DNA of 63,617 bases, the filler included, from Octopus bimaculoides (taxonomy: Eukaryota): the NCBI RefSeq assembly GCF_001194135.2. It is 6 parts of 6 records of this genome, joined end to end, with 100 filler letters (N's around TTAATTAATTAA, not from the genome) between each part and the next. Parts side by side here need not be neighbours in the genome. Positions count along the whole stretch, not along the records: positions 29,270 to 59,683 come from NC_069003.1; positions 59,784 to 61,990 come from NW_026424050.1; positions 62,091 to 63,617 come from NC_069010.1; 3 more parts are not named here. One strand, 5' to 3'. The first letter of the stretch is position 1, and each line of letters begins with the position of its first letter. Shown piece after piece: positions 52,690 to 63,617 of this stretch. The notes beneath the pieces are model-generated. The model was not told where the DNA came from, did no database searches, and saw only the letters and a program-made list of their open reading frames with translations. The translations under genes and the position numbers were made by a program.

Positions 52690-52890
52690 CATCATCATCA
52701 TCATCATTGTCGTTTAACGTCAGCTTTCCATGCTGCCATGGGTTCGATGGTTTGGCTGAGGACTGGCAAGGCAGGAGGCTGTAAAGGCTCCAATGTGTCC
52801 TGGCAAGGTTTCTACAGCTGGATGCCCTTCCTACAGGCAACCACTCTGAGAGTTTAGTGGGTGCTTTTACGTGTCACTGGCACAGGAAGG
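52690..52890 (-). mobile_element. RTE LINE 3' end fragment
   Basis: Reverse complement of the RTE tail (GGAAGGGCATCCAGCTGTAGAAAC...CATGGAAAGC...GTTAAACG). Confidence 0.8.
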
Positions 52891-52999
52891 AGGAGGGGGA
52901 AAGTAATGGCACAGGAGACCTGGAGAATCTTCTGTTTGTTTCTCTTTCTTTCTGTTGCTACAATTCTTTGAAGATTGGTTTGTCGTTTTTTTTTTGTTT

Positions 53000-53260
53000 T
53001 TGAGGCTTCTGGATCTTGTTATACAGCCATACCATCTTGAATTTCTTTTTTCATCAGATTGTGGAGATCTTCATGTGGGCCAAATGTGACGTTGGATGGT
53101 TTTGCAAACCCACTCATTCATGGAGTGGTCCAAGTTCAAAATACTTAAGATATTGTGGCAGCATCTTGTTTCCTCTGAACCTCTGCTGTGAAAGGCCATG
53201 TCTTGCATGCGTCCAGGTAGCTGGCACTTGTACCTTGCCATTATATAATAGAGCTACACC
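53000..53260 (-). mobile_element. Degenerate RTE-like LINE fragment
   Basis: YLDACKTWPFTAEVQRKQDA resembles the RTE motif LY-x-CETW-x-LT. Confidence 0.45.
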
Positions 53261-53289
53261 TACATCTTATCCTAGTGGAGTTTGAAAAA

Positions 53290-53470
53290 TGGAGATGTAA
53301 TCCATGTAACAAAGCCAAAGTAAATTTTAGATTTCTATGTATTACTCTTCTAAGATGTTGTCCTGAGAAGATTCCATATTGTTGTTAGCCAGTATTGGTT
53401 CCAATGGCAAACCCATAGCTATTCCCTTCGGTTGCTAGTATACATCAACTTCTATAACAGGAGTGAGATA
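53290..53470 (-). mobile_element. Degenerate Penelope-like RT fragment
   Basis: Y*QPKGIAMGLPLEPILANNNME and LWLCYMDYISIF resemble PLE motifs B and C. Confidence 0.6.
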
Positions 53471-53841
53471 TTTTCAAATAGGTATAGAAAAATGTTATTA
53501 GTCAACTGCAGAGGAAGGAGTTGACTATAACTACAGTTATTAGGTAACAATAGGGACCAGCTAAATTAGGGAATAGGTCATTAGGTAAGATTCATGAAAT
53601 TCCTGTCAAAATATTTATCTAAGCTGAAATAATAAAATACAGTTTCCACACTGTTTTACTTGATGTTTTCTGATGTGGTTTTAAATACTTTGGGTTCAGC
53701 TTCAACATCCTTACTATACCCACCCCTCCTTCTTCAACCCCCCCTCTCTAACTCCACTCCTCACTTCTCTCTCCACACACATATATTATATATATATAAA
53801 TCATATATACATATGTACACACACACACACATTTATATATG

Positions 53842-53876
<35 letters not shown>

Positions 53877-54154
53877 NNNNNNNNNNNNNNNNNNNNNNNN
53901 NNNNNNNNNNNNNNNNNNNNNNNNNNNNNNNNNNNNNNNNNNNNNNNNNNNNNNNNNNNNNNNNNNNNNNNNNNNNNNNNNNNNNNNNNNNNNNNNNNNN
54001 NNNNNNNNNNNNNNNNNNNNNNNNNNNNNNNNNNNNNNNNNNNNNNNNNNNNNNNNNNNNNNNNNNNNNNNNNNNNNNNNNNNNNNNNNNNNNNNNNNNN
54101 NNNNNNNNNNNNNNNNNNNNNNNNNNNNNNNNNNNNNNNNNNNNNNNNNNNNNN

Positions 54155-54198
<44 letters not shown>

Positions 54199-54892
54199 TA
54201 CATGTTTGTGTGTATATAAATATATTTATATATAAACATTCACATAGATAATTTCACCCCTACACTATCTCACCTTCCAGTATCTTCCTCTGCTTGGCAC
54301 ACAAACATGCACACACACACACACACACACACTCTAGCTCACAACCGCCACACATGCCTCTATGCCACCAATTATTTCCATCTCTAAAGCCCCAATCTCT
54401 GTTCACATTCTTCACACACACACACTCACATGATTATTTATGCATAGGCTTCCCTCGTTTCATCCATGAATATGTGTCTACACGTAAATGTACGCAACAA
54501 AGGAGATTTATATACACACCTTTCTACACACACATGTATATAATATATTTTATTAGAAGCTGAAATCAATCACTCGATGATGTTTTCCTTTCAAGAATGA
54601 GAATGATTCTTCCAATGGATTTCCATCTAGAATTCTTTCTACTAAATTCTACCTCATGTGGCTTTGGGTTGATCTGAAGCTTTGCTAAAAGACTCTTGCC
54701 CAAGGTGCCACACAGGGGTGGGGGACCTGAAATCGTAGGGTTAAAAAGTGAGCTTCTTAACCACACAGTTGCATGTGTGTGGGGTGGGGTGTCCTAGTTT
54801 TTATTTTGAAAGTGTTTTGAATTCTTTCTGATTACAGAGGAACCACTGCATAGAAACCATTTACATGGGGAAAGACATTCGTTAGAAAACTT

Positions 54893-54940
<48 letters not shown>

Positions 54941-56659
54941 AAAACAAAGCAAAATTAAAGAACTCTGCATCTTTTGCAACTTTCCCAAATTGGAGCCATG
55001 CTTCATCATTCTGGTCCCTTGCCAAGAACAGATCTACTAACTTTCCCATTCAGTCAATCCCCTTTTCTCTTCCCCCTTTTTTACCTCTTACTTCAAACAG
55101 AACCCTACCCCCACCTCCCTGCCCACCTGCTTCCATCAACGTTTTCACCACTTGCTTCGCAACCAACTTCACTCACGGCACCCATCATAATCACCCCCAC
55201 CCCCACCGTTTCACCCCCAGCTTGCCTATCCTCCCTGCCACCACCACCACCCCTGCTATGCTGGTTCCTGTCTCTCATCTCAGCTCTTTTTTCTTTCTTT
55301 CCTCCACTAAATTCTTTCCAAACTAAATTCTCCGCATCCTGAATTCTACCAAATTCAGGCGGCTGTACAGCAACTTACCCTTAACCAATGTAGACCATCA
55401 ACTAGCAACCGTTTGAAACAAACTTTTTACTCTCTTTCTCGGATAGTTTTCTGCCTTCACAAAATGTTTCCCATCTTGTCGCCATCTTCACCATCATCTT
55501 CGTTGTCCACTTTTCCATGCTGGCATGGGTAAGACAGACGTCATCAAAGCAGATTTTCTACAGCTGGATGCCCTTCCTATCACCAACCCTCACCTATTTC
55601 CACATAATAACTGGTATTTTCTACATGGCGAGACATGTTCTTGCAGAATATTGGGAATAAATAATGCTGCTTGTTTGATGGAGTAATTCCTTTTACCATT
55701 ATCACGTGATGTCAAGACAAGCAGACACAAACATATAAACACACTCTCCAACGCTGTTGACTGTTCACCAATGCATCAAGCTGTTCCTCTGAAAAGCAGA
55801 CTGTGAAAAAAAATCATCAAATTTAGCCCAACCTGTGTGTGTGTGTGTGTGTGTGTGTGATTGTATGTATGTGTGTGTGCGTGAGTGTGTGTATGTGTAT
55901 GTATGTATGTATATATATATATATATATATATATNNNNNNNNNNNNNNNNNNNNNNNNNNNNNNNNNNNNNNNNNNNNNNNNNNNNNNNNNNNNNNNNNN
56001 NNNNNNNNNNNNNNNNNNNNNNNNNNNNNNNNNNNNNNNATACACTAACTTACATGGAAGCCAAGCAGGGTATATATAAGATGATTCCAGCAACACTTCT
56101 ACACAACATATTTATTTTACGCTCTGTTCTCTTCGGTGCCAACAAATTTCTTACTTATCTCAAAGAACTTTTTCTTCTTCTTCCCAGATTGTGTTACTTC
56201 TGCTCTCACATCCAGTGTAGACACAGAAATCCCAGAAGCCATTTTGCCTTCCCACAACTCACAAACAATATTTCACAGAATTACCAAAGATTTTCGGGTC
56301 CCTGTATCACCAGTGGCTGACACACTGCAACAGATACATATAGCTTCCATCTTCCATCTTCCATCTTTTACTTGCCTCAGTTATTTGACTGTGGCCATGC
56401 GGGGGCGCTGCCTTCAACAATTTTACTTGAATGAATCGATACCAGTACATTTTTTTTTTTGTTTTTGAAGCTTGATACTTATTCTATCAGTCTCTTTTGT
56501 TGAACCACTAAGTTACAGGGGACATACACCAACCAACACCAGTTATCAAGCAGTGGAGGGGGAGAAACACAAGCACAAAGACACACACACACTCACACAC
56601 ACACACACACACACACACATGCATATAGAGAGATAAATAGATATGGCTGTGTCGTACCT

Positions 56660-57000
56660 TGAGCAAATGACTTCTAGTATAGTCCCAGGCCAACCAAAGC
56701 CTTGTGAGTGGATTTGGTAGATAGAAACTGAATATGTTTATGTCTGTGTGTGAATGTCTCCTTGATTTCACCTTGTGTGAGTGTTGTAAATGAGCGGCCC
56801 CTGTCATTCGAGCAATGTCCTTTGTTTGCAATCTTCCATGAATAAACATGTCTGGTCATATGGAAATGTTCCCTTACTCGGAAACAGGTGAAGTTTGGTG
56901 ACAGGAAGGGCATCCGGCCATTGAAAAATCTGTCTCAACAAAATCTGCCAGACACATGTATGCATGGGAAAGTGGATGTTAAATGACGAAGATGGTGGGG
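56660..57000 (+). mobile_element. SINE with family B head/body but RTE-like 3' tail
   Basis: CCAAAGCCTTGTGAGTGGATTTGGTAGA followed by a tail GGAAGGGCATCCGGCC...GCATGGGAAAGTGGATGTTAAATGA. The tail alone is also at about 30870-30990 (-), 39950-40110 (-) and 55490-55700 (-). Confidence 0.7.
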
Positions 57001-57589
57001 ATAATGATGCTGTTGTTGTTGTTGTTGTTGATGATGATGAGGATGATGATGATGTCCAATGGCTGCACTTTCATTCATACAGATGCCTCAATAACAAGGC
57101 CGCCATGAAACCCAGTTTTCCCACCCACGCACACACAGAACTGCAAACCTGATTGTCTCTCACCCTGGAACTCAAATTCCATGATGATTCAGCCACACCA
57201 ATCACCACATCCTTCAGACCCCCCCCACCCTGGACTTATCTTTGCTGTGGTGTCCCCCTGCCACCCTGCCCCCCACGCTGCCATCAAAACCCAGTGGGTG
57301 GCAAAAGCCAGGCAAGATGACCTGAAGGCTGCAAGACTGCACCCAAATCAGGTTATTAAGTTAATTGCTGCTGCATGGCAGTACAGGCAGCCGGCTCTCT
57401 GCAACCAACGACAACAGCAACAACAGCATCAACAACATCAATAACAACAATAATTGTTTCCACTGTAGGCATCATCATCACCATCACAAACAGCATCAAC
57501 AATGACACCACAAACATTATTACACTCACCACCACCACCACCACCACCACCATCATCACACTTTTGCTAGGAGGGGTTAGTCACCTAAA

Positions 57590-57745
57590 TTAACCCCAGC
57601 GCTACATTGACTACGACATATTTCATTGACCCAGGAAGAATAAACGGCAAAGGTAGCCTTACTGGGATCTGAACTCAGCATCTAAAGATCTCCCGACAAA
57701 TACCACAAGGCATTTTGTCTGAAGCTCTACCGATTCCACCAAACA
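57590..57745 (-). mobile_element. SINE family A copy (degenerate)
   Basis: Reverse complement of the family A head and body. Confidence 0.55.
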
Positions 57746-57796
57746 ACATCAAAAATACAACTAGTGCCACGCCTCTGAATTTGTCTCTTAAAGATG

Positions 57797-57861
<65 letters not shown>

Positions 57862-59683
57862 CAGCACCAACACAACCTCGCCGTTACGACCACCAACAAC
57901 TACAACACAAACACACAACAACAATGCTGACATCAAGAACAGCTCACTTGGTAACCACGTGGTTTCAAGTTCAGTCCTGCTGTGTGGCACCTTGGCCAAG
58001 TGTTTTTCACTCTAGCCCCAAGACTGACCGAGACCTTAACAACAACACCACCACCACCACTACTTCTATCCCCACCTCCATTAACATAATACAGTATGTG
58101 TAGATGTGTAGATGTGTGTGTGTATATATATATGTGTATATATGCATATATACACACATACACACACACATATATACATATACACACACACGTACACACA
58201 CACTGAATTGTAAACAATGACAGCTTTTTGCAATTTTCTCAAGTCTGCTATTTGTCACACACCCCTCCTCCCCCTCCTCCCCCCTCTTCCGCCATTCCTC
58301 TCACAAGATTTCCTTCTTCTCAACTCCTCTCTTTCTTCACATCAATCCTCTCTAATTCCTCCTCCTCCTCCTCCTCCTCCTCNNNNNNNNNNNNNNNNNN
58401 NNNNNNNNNNNNNNNNNNNNNNNNNNNNNNNNNNNNNNNNNNNNNNNNNNNNNNNNNNNNNNNNNNNNNNNNNNNNNNNNNNNNNNNNNNNNNNNNNNNN
58501 NNNNNNNNNNNNNNNNNNNNNNNNNNNNNNNNNNNNNNNNNNNNNNNNNNNNNNNNNTCTTCCTCCCCCTCCTCCTCCTCTGTTTCATTCTTTCTTTCTT
58601 TCTTCCTCTTTTCCTTCTTGTTCTTCTAAATCCTCCTCATCATCATCATCTTCCTCATCATCTTTATTTTGTTTACAACCTTTCCTTCCTTCCTTCCTTC
58701 CTTCTTTTCTTTCTTCGTTTTTCTTTCTTTCTTTCTTTCTTTTTATCCTCCTACCTTGCATCTTCTTTTTTCCTTCCTTGATTATTGAATTGGTCAAATA
58801 ATTAACCAGTTGATAAGTAAATAATAAAGGAGTGAAACAGAATCAGTGTGTGGGTTCATTGTTGGTATAATGACCCTCCCAAAGCTGAAATAATCTTCAA
58901 GAAGACTGTCCTATGATAGATTGAGAGAAGGTTTCACCCAGAAATAATATATTAGGGACCATCAGACAACCCCACCTTTATCAGCATCATTACTCGGGCT
59001 AATATGGGTCTATACAACAACAACAACCATGGCACACCACTCCCACCGTCTCCTCTAGTTTCCTCAGTGCCCCCCACCACTTGTAGCAAACCTTCTCCCT
59101 GGAATGCCTCTGTCACAGACCAAGAAAACCTACCAATCTCCCTCAAATCACCGACAATCATCTGAGAAACAAAAACTGGGAGGCCATGTTGGACAATCAA
59201 GTCCTAGAAATCTAAAAACACATGGGATGGCCATGGCTGGAACGTTATTGATCAAAGGTCAACCAGTTCAGAGTTTCCAAGAGCCTAACGGCAACATCTT
59301 TTCTCCTTTACCTCTAACCTTCACCCCTTTCCTCACTTACCCATCTTCCACCTGGATTTCATCATTTTTCTCCACCCGCCTGCCGTGTATCTATCCCTCT
59401 ATCCATCTATCTCCTTCTCTCTCTCTCTATCTATCTATCTATCTACCTATCTATCCATCCATCTATCTATCCATCTATCTTATGTTTTTAGCTACCTCTA
59501 TAACCACCCACCTACCTACTACTTTTTCACTCCATATATCTACCCTTCCACTCAGACACACACATACCTTCTTACCTACCTGCCAGCATACTTTATCTAT
59601 CTCTGCTCTTACTCTCTCTCTCTCTTTCTCTCTCTCTGTATTTCTTGTCATTCAAAATTTACATGTATATATATATATATATA

Positions 59684-59783
59684 NNNNNNNNNNNNNNNNN
59701 NNNNNNNNNNNNNNNNNNNNNNNNNNNTTAATTAATTAANNNNNNNNNNNNNNNNNNNNNNNNNNNNNNNNNNNNNNNNNNNN
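59684..59783. other. Artificial scaffold/contig linker N44-TTAATTAATTAA-N44
   Basis: Same 100-bp structure. Confidence 0.95.
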
Positions 59784-60885
59784 TAGTAGCCAATGGGGCC
59801 ACCTCCAATGACACACAAATAGTGAGCGGTGTTCCGTAAGGCACCATTTTGGGACCACTACTGTTCATAATGGCCCTCTCACACATGCCCTCAGTCACGA
59901 TCACAAGTTATGCAGATGATACAAAAGTCTCACAGGTAATACAGAACCCTGAAGACACTATGCACCTGCAATGTGAGCTGGATGAAATATACAAGTGGTC
60001 TGAAAAGAATAACAAGCAGTTTAATGCTGAAAAGTTTCAAGCCTTGTGCTATCAGCATGCAAAACTAAATGCAGTACCCGTTAAATACAATGGACCTGGA
60101 GGGACTGCAATCCCAGAGGCACAGTCAGTGCAAGACCTAGGCATTTACATGAGAAATAATGCATCCTTTTAAGTTCATGTCGCTAAATTGTCAATGAAAT
60201 GCAGGCGACAGACTGGATGGATTCTTAGGACTTTTAGAACAAAAGATTAGGAAAACATGATGGTCCTCTGGAGGACACTTGTTCTAAGCCACTTTGACTA
60301 TTGCTCTCAGCTATGGTCACCAACTAGTGTCGAATTAATCTCAGAACTTGAGGCAATCCAACGAAGCTACACAAAGAAGATAGCCTCTATGCAGCATATA
60401 AGCTATTGAGAAAGATTCACGAGATTAAGACTCTATTCCTTAGAGCGTAGGTGAGAAAGATATGCCATAATATACATCTGGAAGATCCTCAAAGGAATTG
60501 TCCCAAACTTTGGCATCGAAAGTTACACCAATAAAAGAACTGGACGCCATTGCATAGTGCCAAGGACTCCAAATCTACCATCAAGATGTAGGACAAGATA
60601 CTGCAATAGTCTGGGCTTCAGAGGTCCACAGCACTTGAATATCATCCTGAAGGACCTGAGAGACCTGCATGGGTGGATGTAGGTGTCTTCAAGATGAGAC
60701 TGGACCTCTTCCTGTCAGGTGTCCCAGATAAACCAACTTTGCTGCAGGAAGTGCAGATGAGGGCAGCTGCATCAAACTCTCTCGTGCACCAAATGTCAAT
60801 TTCTGAAGTAAAATTATGTAGCAACACCAAATAGCGGTGCCCCAGCATGGCCACAGCTCATGAGCTGAAACTAGAGAAAAAGAAA
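59784..60885 (+). mobile_element. CR1/L2-group LINE, RT core to 3' end, pseudogenised
   Basis: SGVP*GTILGPLLF...SYADDTKV...WSEKNNKQFNAEK...HFDYCSQLWSP...LEAIQR...RLYSLERR. Premature stops. Ends in an A-rich tail. Confidence 0.9.
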
Positions 60886-60892
60886 ATGAAAA

Positions 60893-60947
<55 letters not shown>

Positions 60948-61203
60948 AAAATAAACAATATATGAGTATAATGCATATATATGTACATGTATGTATATAC
61001 GTTCATCTACATGTACATATAGATACATAACTGGGTACATGACGTGGCAAAAGAACAATGACAAAATGGTAAACAAGGTGCAACAAACAAGCAGGCCACA
61101 GAAACATCACCTTCATCAGCTGCCACCATTAAACTCCGGCGTTTCGAAGAATTCAGGCAGTACGCATCGTTAAAATGGTTCTTCCCACGAACACAAATTA
61201 TAT

Positions 61204-61990
61204 TGTGACTGCTGAGGACATGCGTAAGCTCGTAAGGAATGAAGCCAGTATGCTCCGATGGATGAGTAATGTCAGTGTGCATACCCGACAGAGTGTAAGT
61301 ATCTTGAGAGAAAAGCTGAACATAAGAAGCATCAGTTGTGGTGTGCAAGAGAGGCGATTGCGCTGGTATGGACATGTGGTGAGAATGGATGAGGATAGCT
61401 GCATGAAAAAGTGCCACACCCTAACAGTTGAAGGAACCCGTGGAAGAGGTAGGCCCAGGAAGACCTGGGCTGAGGTGGTGAGGCAAGACCTTCGGACATT
61501 GGGCCGAGGCAATGACTTCTGACCGAGACCTTTGGATATATGCTGTGTGTGAGAAGACCCGGCAAGCCAAGTGAGACCTAAATCCAAGGCCTCTGCCAGG
61601 GGTGTACCCAGCCCACTTATGCGAACCTTTCCTTAATTGGACACTAAAACCCGCTTGCGAAGACCTTTTGAGGCAAGTGAAATTGGAATTGAACTAAGTT
61701 CGACGACTGGCACCCGTGCTAACGTCGTCTCCTTTATTGGACACGAAACTCAGCTTGCAAAGACTTATTGAGGCAAGCGAAAGCGAAATCGGGATAGCAC
61801 CTGTGCCCAGCGTCGCGTTTCTGCCCGTGACATGTGTACGGATTTTCAAGCGAGATTGTGCCAGTGCCCCCGGACTGGTACATAAAATTCACCATATTGA
61901 GCGTGGCCGTTGCAAGTACCGCCTGACTGGCTCTTGTGTAGGTGGCACATAAAATGCACCATTTTGAGCATGGCCATTGCCAGTACCGCC
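61204..61990 (+). mobile_element. 5'-truncated RTE-clade LINE, same family as 29830-30630
   Basis: VRNEASMLRWM...ERRLRWYGHVVRMDEDS...GRGRPRKTWAEVVRQDL, then 3' UTR cut by the linker. Confidence 0.9.
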
Positions 61991-62090
61991 NNNNNNNNNN
62001 NNNNNNNNNNNNNNNNNNNNNNNNNNNNNNNNNNTTAATTAATTAANNNNNNNNNNNNNNNNNNNNNNNNNNNNNNNNNNNNNNNNNNNN
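61991..62090. other. Artificial scaffold/contig linker N44-TTAATTAATTAA-N44
   Basis: Same 100-bp structure. Confidence 0.95.
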
Positions 62091-62639
62091 AATGAAAAAA
62101 AAGTACCACTGAAGCACTGGGGGTCGATGTAATCGACTAGTCCCCTCCCTCCAAATGTCAGGCTTTGTACCTTTTGTAGAAAGGATTATTATTATTGTTA
62201 TCATCATCATCATCATCATCATTATTATTATTATTATTATTATTATCATTACACCTCTTCTGACTACAGGTCAGTGGATGGTTGGATGGTAGAGCGGTGC
62301 CTGGTTATCTGCCCTCATGTTCTGTCTTCCCCTGTCCTTTAAGTCTGTCTTCGCTTGACATCATTCCAAGGTCAATAAAATGAGTTACAGTCATGTGCAA
62401 GGGACAATATATATTGACTCTAAAGTTACAGTATATTGTGATAATCCATCATTATTCTGGGTAACTTTGCTTTATATTATCATTTCACTAGTAATATATT
62501 TACAATAGGGCTCATCCAAAAGTCCTTAATTCCATTTTGCACCATGTGTGGCTTTGAGCCAAAACTAGTTGTTTAATCTCATCCCCTGATACAGCCAGCA
62601 TTTAAACCCTAATCAGCGCTCCCCCACACAGCCACAGGT

Positions 62640-62789
62640 GGCTTTCTGGGTTCAGCCCCACTGCGTGATACTTTGGGGCCTGAGTCTTCTATCTTCTGCT
62701 AAAGCCTTAGGCTGATCAAAACCTGAAAGAACCCCGTCCTTTGTATATATGTGTATGTGTATATGTATCTCTATATATATATGTGTATG

Positions 62790-62820
<31 letters not shown>

Positions 62821-63030
62821 ATATGTTTGCGGGTCTGTTTGTCCCACCAACATCGCTTGACAACCAATGCTGGTGTGTTTACGTCCCCATAACTTAGCAG
62901 TTCGGTAAAAGAGACCGATAGAATAAGTACTAGGCTTACAAAGTATAAGTCCTGGGGTCGATGTGCTCAACTAAAAGGCGGTGCTCCAGCATGGCCACAG
63001 TCAAAAGACTGAAACAAGTAAAAGAGAAAA
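62640..63030 (+). mobile_element. Near-complete SINE family B with internal (TA/TG)n tract
   Basis: Head, central microsatellite, and body and tail GCGGTGCTCCAGCATGGCCACAG. A partial second copy lies at about 63095-63270. Confidence 0.8.
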
Positions 63031-63617
63031 GAGTATACACACACACACACACACACATATATGTATGCATGTGTTCATAATTTTGTTTTTTGTTCCCCCC
63101 CTCATCACTTAAAAATTGGCCCTGGTGTTGGTTTGTTCACATCCCCATAACCTAGCAGTCTGGCAAATGGAGACTGAATGGCAATAAGTAGCGCACTTAG
63201 AGAATAAGTGCTGGGATTAGCTTCGCTCGAATAAAACCCCCTGAAGGCTGTACCCCACCTGTATAACCGGGGACCCACTGACAGAAACAAAAAAACGAAA
63301 AAAAAAAAAAGAAAAAAAGACAATACTCAAGTAAAACGTGATTCTGAGGTGTTCATGCTCTTCTCTCGTCTCTGAGGCCGAGATATAAATAAACAGAAAC
63401 CATTGTTTGTTTGTTTTTTTGGGGTTTTTTTGTTTTTTTTAATCCCATTTGAACTTTTCTGATTTTTATGCTTTTTGTGGAAGGTTTTTTCAGCTGTGCA
63501 AACAAATGTCACCGACCGAGCAAAATGAACGCAGCTTGACGAATTGAAATAATTATTTTTGTAATAAATAATAAAGTTATTGAACAATGTTGCTGTTGAT
63601 GTTGTTGTTGTTGTTGT

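Larger units (their letters stand above)
1..63617. repeat. Dense microsatellites throughout: (TA)n, (CA)n, (GA)n, (GATA)n, (TATG)n, (AAT)n, (CAT)n, (ACC)n, (GGA/GAA)n
   Basis: Directly visible. Most N gaps are bordered by (TA)n, and most ORF-track entries are translations of these repeats. Confidence 0.95.

Noticed and set aside
58950-59300. Possible Pro/Ser-rich terminal exon (NNNNHGTPLPPSP...)
   Set aside because: The 3' half matches a dispersed repeat tail also seen near 5040-5080 and 21580-21720. Splice signals are ambiguous.
61110-61150. Hammerhead-like motifs GAAAC...CTGATGA on the minus strand
   Set aside because: Permuted order with no stem I pairing and a weak stem II. At best a decayed remnant.
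641-62867. Most ORF-track entries (poly-YI, HT, LS, X-rich ORFs)
   Set aside because: They are translations of microsatellites and N gaps, with no codon or domain signal.

Overview
Eukaryotic, AT-rich, microsatellite-saturated draft sequence with many N gaps. The repeat landscape (tRNA-derived SINEs; RTE, CR1-group, R4/Dong and Penelope retroelements; Tc1/mariner) looks like a coleoid cephalopod, probably Octopus; this is inference, not a database result. Five identical 100-bp artificial linkers (N44-TTAATTAATTAA-N44) show the window is six joined pieces (1-11274, 11375-23471, 23572-29169, 29270-59683, 59784-61990, 62091-63617). The one well-supported gene is missed by the ORF track: a complete 4-coding-exon, 138-aa intracellular lipid-binding protein (FABP/CRABP/CRBP family) on the minus strand, CDS join(29151-29082, 27851-27676, 26778-26665, 25661-25605). 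It has canonical GT-AG introns in the family's conserved phases 1,0,0. Two phase-compatible plus-strand exons (47154-47252, 48399-48454) may encode the C-terminus of a second gene I cannot name. The rest is decayed transposable elements and simple repeats, and almost all ORF-track entries are translated microsatellite or N runs. The best non-genic signals are a SINE 3' tail shared with a CR1-group LINE, the same SINE head carrying an RTE-type tail, nested insertions, a minisatellite and several hairpins. I found no convincing new biological system. Repeat boundaries were read by eye and are approximate; SINE family labels A, B and C are my own.
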